In this document: positions 14,066 to 25,083 of the stretch, one piece after another
Numbering within the stretch: the stretch's first letter is position 1
Layout of the letters: the number at the start of each line of letters is the position of its first letter
NCBI RefSeq assembly: GCF_006345805.1
Contig: NC_043021.1
Coordinates: 13,206,001 to 13,270,000, forward strand
Direction: 5' to 3'
Origin: Octopus sinensis
Lineage: Eukaryota
DNA: 64,000 nt
Made by a program: the position numbers and the translations under genes
Notes under the pieces: generated by a model
The model's database searches: none
Seen by the model: the letters and a program-made list of their open reading frames with translations, nothing else
What the model was told of the DNA's origin: nothing

Positions 14066-14987
14066 AGAGAGGTAGACAAAGACAGTGGGGAGAAAGATAG
14101 ATTGATAAACTCACAGATAGATAGATTGATTGATAGATAAGCATTGTTTGTTCCTTCTTGAGCCATGCCTGGCTCATAAGGGCCGGTTTCCCGGTTTCCT
14201 TTACAAAGAGTGAGAGAAAGTTGTGGCTAAAGGGTCAGCAGAAGTTTCGCCATTACCTTCTGCCGGAGCCGCGTGGAGCTTACGTGTTTCGCTCATAAAC
14301 TTACACATCGCCCGGTCTGAGATTCGAACCCGCAATCCCTCGACTGCGAGTCCGCTGCTCTAACCACTAGGCCATGTGCCTCCACGATAGCTAAACATAC
14401 AGACAGATAAAAAGAAAGATAGATAGAATGATGTGGGGGAAGAAAGACAGATTGATAGATACACGGATAGAGAGAGAGAGAGAGGAGGAGAGGGAGAGAG
14501 AGAGAGGGAGAAAGAGACTGACAGCGAGTTAGATTGATAAACAAATAGACAGACAGACAGAGAGATAGAGAGAGATTGAGATGTAATTTAATTGATAGAT
14601 AAACATAGGAACAGATAGATAGACAGACAGACTGACAGATAGACAAAGAGAAAGGGAGAGAGAAAGACATACAGATAGAAAAAGGCAGACAGATAGACAA
14701 ACAGGTAAGGAGGCAAGTAGGGTAGGGTACACCTGTATGGACTGGTTTTGGAAAAGAGTGTTTGGGCAGGAACAAACTGCTTATGACATTGGTGTTGTGC
14801 GCAGAACCAATTTTATGTCAACTGTGATCTCTGCTTCTATGAAATGCTGTGGCTGGAAGAGAGCTTAAATTTCACCTCTCAAGGAATCTCCTCAAAGAAT
14901 CATCAAATTGTTCAAATAATCACATATTTTCAACACTCAATCGTGTGCATCTGAGATAATGGTCTCAACAAATTTCAGTTCAGATAA

Positions 14988-14988
14988 C

Positions 14989-15041
<53 letters not shown>

Positions 15042-15082
15042 TGATGATGATGATGGTGATAATAATAATGATAATAATAATG
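14988..15082. repeat. (AAT)n/(GAT)n microsatellite
   Basis: Direct reading. Similar tracts at 9222-9273, 15326-15420, 46310-46432. Confidence 0.95.
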
Positions 15083-15361
15083 ATTTCAAATTTTGGCACA
15101 AGGCCAGCAATTTCAGAGGATGGGATAAGTCAATTTACATTGACCCCCAGTACTCAGCTGGTACTTATTTTATCAACCGTGAAAGGATGAAAGGCAAAGT
15201 CGACCTCGGCGGGATTTGAACTCAGAACGTGAAGACAGACTAAATGCCGCTAAGCATTTCTGCCCGGTGTGCTAACAATTCTGCCAGCTCGCCGCCTTAA
15301 AAAGTAATTTATTTCCCATGCAGGGATGATGATAATAATAATAATATTAATATTAATAATG

Positions 15362-15411
<50 letters not shown>

Positions 15412-16756
15412 AATAATAAAAAGCTATCAAAAAAAGAGTAACGTTTTCAGGAATTATGAGTTTAATATCCAAAAGGGAGAAAAAAGTAAACATTATAGTT
15501 ATAACAAAAAAATTAATAATATTAACATTAACAATAAAATCATGACAAAATATCATGGCTTTTTTTGTTTTGTTCCAACATTTTTTTTTTTTTGTTGAGG
15601 CATTTAAAAAAAATCTTAGTGGGTTGAGGTGCATTTTAATGGATGGCTTAACATGTTAAAGCAGCAGTTTTTGAAATAGTTGGTTTTTTTTCTATTTTCT
15701 TTCTTTTTTTTTTTGAAAAAGTTTAATAATGTTCAGTTGAAAGAAAGAAGAGAAAAAAAGAAAGGAGGGAAAGAAAGAAGGAAGGTAATCAAGGTAACAC
15801 CACTGCCTTCTAGAATTTTCAGTTTTGCAGGCAATGAAATAGTTTGTATAGGACTTCCAATATACAAGTGTCGTTAGAAGGTTAACGAAGAAATTAGAGA
15901 TTTTTTAAGATGGCACGTTCATTGAAACAATTTTTTGTTATTTAAAAATAAATTAAAGAATAATAATCGACATCTTTTTTTTTTCATTTTTTTTTGTCGC
16001 AAATTTTTCTTTGTTTTAACAATATTTTTCAAAAATATAAAAAAAAATATAAATAAAATAAAAAATATATATAATTGATATTAAGGAGAAAAAAAATGCT
16101 TTTTTTTTTCAAATATATTTAAATTGAATATTTTTTTGTCCTTTGGAACTAAAAAGAAAATTGGTCCTTTTAGAATTTTTTGTAATTTCAAAAAATATTT
16201 TATTGATAATATAACAAAAAAATAATTAAGGATTTCTTCTGGAGAAAAAAAAAATATAAATTATCTTTGATAATAAATTTTATTTTAAAAAAATGCAAAA
16301 AAAAACCCAAAAAACTTATTGATAATTATAAAACGCAAGAAACGCTGTCAACGACATTCCGAGAAATTATATTTTTAGTTATCAAAGATTTCATTAATTG
16401 GAATAAGAGGAAAAAAGACAAGAGAAAGATTGGCTTCGAATCTCTAGAATATGACAAATTTGATTATCATCACTGTCAATATCATCATCATCATAATTAG
16501 TATTCTAATTAAGGCTGTGAGCTGGTAGAATTGATAGCAGACTGGACATGTTCAGCAAGCATTACATCTGGCTCTACATTCCGAGTTCAAATACCACCAA
16601 GGTCAACTTTATCTTTCATCCCTTTGGGGGCGGATAAAATAAGTTGCAATAGTCATATGCACAGAAAAAAAAGAAGAGACTTTAATGATCATAATTGTTA
16701 TAATTAGTATTAGCTAAATTTTGTTTAAGGTTAATAATTATACTCAACATGTATAT

Positions 16757-17066
16757 AGGTGCAAGAGTGGCTGTGTGGTAAGTAGCTTGCTTACCAACCA
16801 CATGGTTCTGGGTTCATTCCCACTGCGTGGCACCTTGGGCAAGTGTCTTCTACTATAGCCTTGGGCCAACCAAAGCCTTGTGAGTGGATTTGGTAGATGG
16901 AAACTGAAAGAAGCCCGTCGTATATATGTGTGTGTGTGTTTGTGTGTCTGTGTTTGTCCCCCCCAACATCGCTTGACAACCGATGCTGGGGTGTTTATGT
17001 CCCCGTAACTTAGCGGTTCAGCAAAAGAGACTGATAGAATAAGTACCAGGCTTACAAAGAATGAGT
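16757..17066 (+). mobile_element. tRNA-derived SINE (family B)
   Basis: gcaagagtggctgtgtggtaag...gggttcattcccactgcgtggcaccttgggcaagtg (CORE-like segment). Other copies at ~110-250, 1570-2115, 2585-2760, 3065-3230, 5230-5625, 6540-7320, 17067-17430, 22365-22720, 40015-40350, 41297-41430, 49270-49635, 59825-60140, 60480-60805, 62510-62670. Confidence 0.8.
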
Positions 17067-19197
17067 TCTATTGGTCTCTTTTGCTGAACCGCCTTTAGTT
17101 GAGCAAATCGACCCAGGACTTATTCTTTGTAAGCCTAGTACTTATTCTATTGGTCTCTTTTGCTGCACTCCTAAGTTACGGTGACGTAAACACAAGCATC
17201 AGTTGTCAAGTGACATTGTGGGACAAACACAGACACACAAACATATACATGCACATACATATATATATATACATATATGCGACAGGCTTCTTTCAGTTTC
17301 CGTCTACTAAATCTGCTCACAAGGCTTTGGTTGGCCTGAGGCTATAGTAGAAGACACTTTCCCAAAGCGCCATGCAGTGGGACTGAACCCAGAAGCATGT
17401 GGCTGGTAAGCAAACTACTTACCACACAGCCACTGCTACGCCTATACATAGATCTAAAGCAAATTTTTTTTTAGGGGCCCTTAAAATACTATTGTGGATC
17501 CTCGATATATTTTGTTGCATGGATCCCACCAAAAATCTTCTATGGACTCTGGTTGAGAACCTTTGATTCAAATGAGACAAAAGCATTGTGTTTGAATAGA
17601 AATATGGTAACAAAAGGTTGACATTAGATGGCTGAGGAAATTAAAAGAAAAGGGGCAAAGTTTAACTTAACTGGGATTTGAACTCAGAATGTAGAATGAT
17701 GAAACTAAATGCCACAAGCCATTTATTTAGTCCGTAGTCCAATGGTATACAATTTCTACCAACTCAGCGTCATTATGGCAAATATGGCTTGAGTGAAGGG
17801 GTTTACTCTATGTGTGCACCTTGCAGGCCTGGAGGATGCAGTTGAGAGGGGGGCAGCTGCTCTTGGTTATAAGAATAATTCAATCATGGAAAAACAACCA
17901 CATAAAGGATGAGAAAATAAAACATTCCCCCATAAGGGACAGTCACCTGTGTAATACTGGAAACCTTAACAGATCTCTGGGAACTGTTAGGGGTTTCCAG
18001 TTTCCCATCACCCCAACCCCAGCAGGTGATCACCCTCTATGCAGAATGTTTTACTTTCTTATCTTTTACATGTCTATTTCCATACTTGATATTTCATTTC
18101 TCATAAGGTTATTCTAAGTAAAGTCCAACATTTAAAAAAATCTTCTTCGAACGTTCTCCCACCTCATCCATACAACAAATAAAAGAAATTATTATTATTA
18201 TTATTGAAAAAGAAAGTAAGGGTAGAGAGAGAAGTGCTGCCTCCTAGCAATTTTGCTGAAAGTGGGGTCAATGTGACAAGAATGGTAACAAGTGATCATA
18301 GGCCTACTTTGAACATGCACTTGTTGATGTGGGGGAGAGCACTTGCCCTAGTGGTCAGGGACTCCCGGATATTGTGGAGATCTCCATGGACAGCCCTGGG
18401 TAGCCTCCCTCTTTTGGGGAATTATGCTTTGTTAAATTTTATATTTTTTAAATTTTTTACTTTTTACAAACCCCTTTATGTAACCCCACATTATTTTGTC
18501 CTGTACTGTTCCCAACATTTTTTGAGAACCATTAGTGGTTAACAAACATTGTTATCATCATCATTATTATTATCATTATTATTATTATTATTATTATCAT
18601 GAGTGAGCATGGCTTAGCGGTTAGTCTCTTGTGTACGTGTGGGCCTAACCACTAATCACATGATCATGAGTGCACCCAGTAAGTTGCACTCACAATAATG
18701 AGATTGCTGGTTCAATTCCTAGACTGGGAGATACAGTGTGTTGCTGAGAAAATCACTTCATCTTGTGTTGTTCTGTGAGCACTCCAACATCTGACATGTG
18801 GCACACTTGTACACCTGTGCAGGTAACATCAATTTGATGCAGAGAGTGAGCTAACGGACAGCACAAACATCTGATCACTATAAACAAATTATCTGTGCAG
18901 GTTGTTTAGTAACAAACAACAGAATCATCTTTCTCAAACATGAGAGACTCCCATTAGTTAATAATCGTTATTGTTGTTGTGGACTATTTTTTTGTTTTCC
19001 AGTTTGATTTCCTTTAGACTAGCGGAAAACTCATTATTTGGGACCAAAACATGAATTGCAGGAGGAAAATAAGATAAAAGAGATGTAGGGATTATTTTTG
19101 TTACAAGATTGAGTTGCATACACGTCTTAGATGCAGTAACAATGGAAAATAGTAGTCGTAGTGTACTACTAGTATATATGTGTGTGTATTCAGGCTT

Positions 19198-19322
19198 TAG
19201 ATTGTGCGCGTATTCAGGATCCACAATAGCCAATCTGAAAGAAGCGACCCAGGATAAAACTGGCTGGAGAACACTGATCCAACGAGTAACCGAGAGTCGA
19301 CTTCGATTCAGCGGATAGATAG
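19198..19322 (+). mobile_element. BovB-like RTE extreme 3' end
   Basis: NLKEATQDKTGWRTLIQRVTESRLRFSG* followed by a (GATA) tail. Candidate target-site duplication attcaggctt at 19188 and 19323. Confidence 0.55.
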
Positions 19323-19439
19323 ATTCAGGCTTCAAACGCATGTACGTATATGCACATAGACAGACACACTTTAATATATATACATCTATAAACACGTATG
19401 TTCATGTAAGTGCAAGTACATACACACATACATATATAT

Positions 19440-19575
19440 AATCTAGTTCAAATTTACAGAACACAAAAGACGAAGACGGGTGAAGGAACAACAAGCGGGT
19501 AAGAGTAGAAAAGTCTTTGACATTTCAAGCCTAAGCTCTTTGACAGAAAGGATTAAGAGGGAAAACAGAGAGAGA
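19440..19575 (-). mobile_element. Second Penelope-like fragment with decayed hammerhead
   Basis: Minus strand reads cttt CTGTCAA agagcttaggctt GAAA TGTC aaag. A related, truncated copy lies at 56104-56190. Confidence 0.45.
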
Positions 19576-20001
19576 AAAAGGATTGTTTAAAGATTAACAG
19601 TTCAAAAATACATTTATGTATTTGTGCATATACATATAAATATATAAATGTATAAGTGTAAACATCTATATAGATATTCTGAGACCCCCCCCCCCTTCGG
19701 TCACAGCATAGACCATGGGATTGCACCTAGAAAGTTACCCTCCCAGTTACAAGTCTGGGCAGGGTTGTTTATGGAAGGCCAGCAGTCGCCCATGCATACC
19801 GGCCTCCCCTCTCCATGCCACCAGTGTTATCCAAGGGAAAGGCAAAGGCCAATACAGCTTGACACCTGTGACGTTGCAACTCATTTCTACAGCTGAGTGA
19901 ACTGGGGCAACGTGAAATAAAGTGTCTTGCTCAAGAACACAACATGCAGCCCGGCCCAGGATTCGAGCTCACAAACTTACGATCGTAAGCTCAATGCTCT
20001 A

Positions 20002-20050
<49 letters not shown>

Positions 20051-20151
20051 TATATATATATATATAAATACATACACACAAACATACAATGGTGTGTGTG
20101 TATTAAACTAATACTACAGTTATTAAAGTTTGTTCCTTACACACACATACA

Positions 20152-20520
20152 TAGACTGGAGAGAAACGAAGGTAGTATGCTCCGTTGGATGTGCAACATC
20201 AGTGCACATATAAGACAAAGTGCAAATTAATTGAGAGAAAAGTTGGGCATAAGAGGAATCAAATGTAGCATGCAACAGAGAAGACTATGCTGGTTTGGAC
20301 ATGCGATGCGTATGAATGAGGACAGCTGCATAAGAGGTACCGATCACTGAAAGTGGATGGTACCCGCAGAAGAGGGTGACCCAGGAAGACGTGGGATAAA
20401 GTGGTAGTGACTTATCTCAGGATGTTGGACCTCACGGAGGAAATGATAATGGACCGAGATGTTTGGCGATATGAAGTTCTTGAGAAGACCTGCCCACGTC
20501 AGTGAAACCGAGTTCTAGAA
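20152..20520 (+). mobile_element. Degenerate RTE LINE ORF2 3' fragment
   Basis: MLRWMCNIS...RRLCWFGHAMRMNEDSCI...PRKTWDKVV, with stops and frameshifts. Confidence 0.8.
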
Positions 20521-21868
20521 GTACTGTGTGTCCCACTCACACATAACAAGAAAACTGCTCACACACCCTACCACAACAAACCAAACTACGTCTCTTCCCT
20601 TCCTCACATTTCCACTTCATGCTCTATGCTTACCTTCCACTCCCCAATCCCGGCTCACTGTATCATTGCTCTCTGCTCGCCCCTGACCTGTGTATTCCAC
20701 CCATACACCTTATCTCACTATACCATTGCTATCTGCTAAACCCGGCCCCCACATGCCCTGTGTATTCTCCACCCACAATATCCTGCCACTTATATTATGA
20801 TGTTCGAACTGCAAGAGTATGTCCTGGCACTTACTACCATCTATATCTCTCTTCCTTTACTCAACCATCCCATTTATATCCTGATCACATCTTGGACTTG
20901 ACTGGCAGAAATACCACAAGTTATGAAGCCCCAGTGTCATCTTTGGCTTGGTTTCTATGGCTGGGTGTTCTTCCTAATGCCAACCACTTTGCATACACAA
21001 ACACGCAGACATAAAGAGACATACGTATGTTGTACAGCTGTCATTTGCAAGCCAGTATAATTTGATAGTATGCACTCTGGTTTCACTAAAGGTTTTAGGT
21101 ACTCTTGGTTGTCATAAGCAGATAAGAGCACCTTTTTGACCCTCTCATTCTTGATCCAGTGGAACATCCGAAATCCGCCGAAACTACACCTGATTGTCCC
21201 CTTTCCATACTCATACACATATGTGTATGTCATGACTCATGCACTGTTCTTCCCCTGACGCTTGTACATTACCCTATGTACTATACATACACTTTAGATG
21301 AGTTGTAGTGCACCTGAGCACTGTACACAATGTTTTATTATTATTATTTATCTAGAATGTGACGAGAGTGTGTGTGTGAGAGAGAGAGAGAGAGCCCTAT
21401 TGTTTTATGTAGCTGAGATTTTGTTGCAAAGGTAGAAAAATGAATAAAGAATAAATATGACTAAATATATGGAAATGTTTGAGTGAATGTGATTTATGAG
21501 AAGCAAAGGAGTTTTAACCCTTTTAATATCAACCTGCCTGAAACTGCCCTAGGTTCTATGGGATCTAAAAGCTTCCCATTTAAATTTGATGTTAATTTAT
21601 GTTCTGAACAACAGCTGAATAACGACAAAAGTTCTCTTGCTTTATTCTTTGTTATTTTCATAATTAATTGAAAGAAACTTAGTGTGCTTCAAGAGAAATA
21701 TAATATGGAAAGGGATTCAGGAAGCAGAGATAGAATGAAATGGAATAAATCATTTGCACTCTGGCAGTTGCAATGACGACGGTTCCAGTTGATCCGATCA
21801 ACGGAACAGCTAGCTCATGAAATTAACATGCAAGTGGCTGAGTACTCCACAGATATGTGTACCCTTAA

Positions 21869-22089
21869 CCCTTTAGCATTTAAACCGGCCAAATCCGGCC
21901 AAAAGTATTCAGCCTGTTTTATGTTCAAACTGGCCATATCTGGTCTCTTACACCAACCCTACAATATTGTTTTAAAAATTAACAGCTACCTCATCAAAGT
22001 CTCATAGCTACAAGATAATGCATGATTAATTCAAAACAATGTGGATAAAAAAGGATTAATTTTGGTAGAATAATGCGAACAGTAAAGGG
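21869..22089. mobile_element. piggyBac-type MITE nested in a SINE
   Basis: TTAA|CCCTTTAGC...GTAAAGGG|TTAA. Other full or partial copies at ~34110-34497, 40432-40597, 57690-57784, 59040-59167, 62690-62790, 63000-63120. Confidence 0.8.
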
Positions 22090-23916
22090 TTAAAGTAGTT
22101 CCCAGGGAGATTCAGCTTGGACACAGGATGTGACAAGGCCAGCCCTTTGAAATACAGGTACATACTACTTATTTTCAAGAGCTGAGTGGATTGGAGCAAC
22201 ATGAAATAAAGTGTCTTGCTCAAGGACACAACACACTACCAGGAATTGAACTCACAACCTTATGATCGTGAGCTGAATATCTTAATTACTAAGCCATGCA
22301 CCTTCACATTTTTCTTATAACACAACCATTAAATGCCCTATGTCGTTATCTTTGATAATTTCTCTTTTACTTGTTTCAGTGATTGGAATGTGGCCATGCT
22401 GGAGTACTGCCTTCAAGGCTTTAATCAAACTGGATTCCAGTATTTATTATTTTTTTAAAGTCTGGCACTTATTCTATTGGTTTCTTTTGCCAGACTGCTA
22501 AGTTACAGGGACATAAATAAACCAACACTGGTTGCCAATCAGTAGGGGAGAAGGGAACAAACACACCTACAATTTGGGTTTCCTTCTACGAGATTCACCC
22601 ATGAAGCATTGATTGGCCCAGGGCTATAGAAGAAGACATTTGCTCAGGGTGCCATGCAGTAGGACTGAACCTGAAATCACATGGGGCTCCAAAGCAAGCT
22701 TCTTAACCACACAGCTTAACTGTGTCAAGCTACCCTATTTTCACGATACTTCAGTGTCCCTTCATGGTCCCCAGTTAGAGAACCACTGCTCTTGGTAGTG
22801 TGAATTCTGAACCCAACATAGCTGTAGTTTTGGTTAGAATAATAAATGACCAGGAATAAACAAAGGAATAGTGTTTAACTCTTTGGCATCTACACCAGCC
22901 ATATCTGGGCTCAGATATTCTGTCTGTTTTATGCTCAAACTGGTCAGATGCACACTTTCACATCTACCCTAAAATGCCATTCTAAAAATAAAACAATCAC
23001 ATCTTTGAAATCTTGGCACTATGAGATAATGTGTGAGAGATCAACATCCTCATCATCTACTTCTCCATGCTCACATGAGTAAGATGGAATATGTTGAGGT
23101 GGATTTTTCTAAGGCTGGATATATACTTCATGTTTGTATTTATTTTTTCAAGATATTTTATGTGAATTTGTGTGTCTCCTAGACACAACAAAATTTATAT
23201 AGACACATACATGTATACGCTACAATATCAACAAGACTATCGGGTGTTGCTATACACTGCTGATCAAAATGTGCTTCTTGTAATTGTTGCAGCTTTCAAA
23301 TGACGCCACCCTGCTGGTTGGGTGGGCAGGCCTGTGACATATAAGTGGCCGAGATAACAACATTCATCCTAAACAGGACCCCACTCCTTTGTAGAGCAAC
23401 TCATTTACAGCTGAGTGGAGCATAACACACCACCCAGTGCTGGAATTGAAACCATGATATTGTGATCACGAGTGCAACACCATAACCATTAGGCCATATG
23501 CCCTCACACACACACACAAAATTTGTTCATTTGCTTAACATCCGTTCTTCCCATGCTAATATAGGTTTGGATGGAGAGTTATTCGAGGCAGAATTTTATC
23601 CAGTTGCCAATTATTACCTGTTTCGTTTTTTTTTTTTCATGTAAATAAGTTTTGTTTTCTAATTTCAGACATCTTCAAAAGTGCAGAGTGACCAAAGGTA
23701 TGTCAACCTCACCATGGCTTCACTCAAGTGGTGACAACTATGGAACATAAATACACCCACACACATATTCATGCATGCAAATAAATACGCACACACACAC
23801 ACTAAAAAAGGTACAAAGAGTTCTACCTAAAAGCAGATGTGCACATGCATGCAAACATATATATATATATAGGAGAGTATTGTAGTTCGCTTGAAGCATT
23901 TTGTATTGTTTGTAAA

Positions 23917-24116
23917 GAATAAAAAATTTTGAATGGTACAACAATGCACTATGATACAGACAATGGGCTATATACTTGTGGTATTTTAGTCATCCATAGT
24001 CTGATATGATATTCCGAAATATCATATCAGATTATGAATGACTAAATTACAAGAGGTATATAGCCCATTGTCAGTATATTAGAGTGCATTGTTGTACCAT
24101 TCAAAACTTTTTATTC
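23917..24116. repeat. 200-bp fold-back palindrome
   Basis: gaataaaaaattttgaatggtacaacaatgcact...ctgatatgatatt | ccga | aatatcatatcag...agtgcattgttgtaccattcaaaactttttattc. Confidence 0.9.
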
Positions 24117-24921
24117 TATACACACACACACACACATACATGTATGCAAATGAATACACACACACACATATATATATATACATGCAAGCAAACTCAAACA
24201 CTCAGGCCTGAAAATTGAAATGTTACATTTTAAAGTATTAACCAGTAATTTTAACTTCTCAAAATAATATTTGTCTTTTTGTAAAGGAATGCATAGAAAA
24301 ATATGTTCAACAATTCATATCAGTTTAAACATTATTTTTGAGGGGAGGAGTTTATTCAGTGGCCCTATTTTTTTGGGTCCCCAAGACTTGTAGAGGCATG
24401 AAAGAAGAACTGATAACTAATGAAGGTCAAGTCTGAATGCTTACAAGTTGGAATCTGCTAAAGGGGTCTCAGGAAAAGATGATGGCGTCAAACCCAACAA
24501 GGGATTAAATCTACGGCGTTGACATTAGAACACTAAAAACCCTCTAACCCCTTCATATCCCCAAATTGCCCTTATTTACTATATTTTAATGTCAATCATT
24601 GTGCCCTTCCCTTATATGACTCCACTGTTTGACTGGTAGCAATGATGCTGAAATAGACTTAGGATCAAACATTAGTTGATTGATCCTGTAGGTGGAGGCC
24701 TTACAGTGATGTGGAGGGGTGGGGCAAGAGTGCTGTACAGTCGTCAAGAGGAAGGCCCTGAAATGGTGCACATTCTCTCTTGATGACCCCAGAAACTGAC
24801 TGGGTTCTCATATGTGAAGTTTTCAATTGATTGCACTTGCACACACAAGCAGTTTCTGAGTTTCTATCCACTTTAAAGGGACCTTAGCAAAAAATTATAT
24901 ATATATATATATATATACACA

Positions 24922-24959
<38 letters not shown>

Positions 24960-25035
24960 CACACACAAACATATATCTACATGTGTATATATGTACATAC
25001 ATATGTATATATATATACATACATAGATATATACA

Positions 25036-25083
<48 letters not shown>

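Noticed and set aside
18200-18420. Possible Penelope RT-endonuclease linker remnant (GGYPGAV...) on minus
   Set aside because: Too short and degenerate to support without a profile search.
24514-24533. 20-nt near-match (one indel) to LIMK exon sequence 58625-58645
   Set aside because: The match does not extend either way and does not continue into an upstream-exon-like sequence. A rough estimate puts chance occurrence in 64 kb at a few percent, so it is not evidence of a retrocopy or regulatory RNA.
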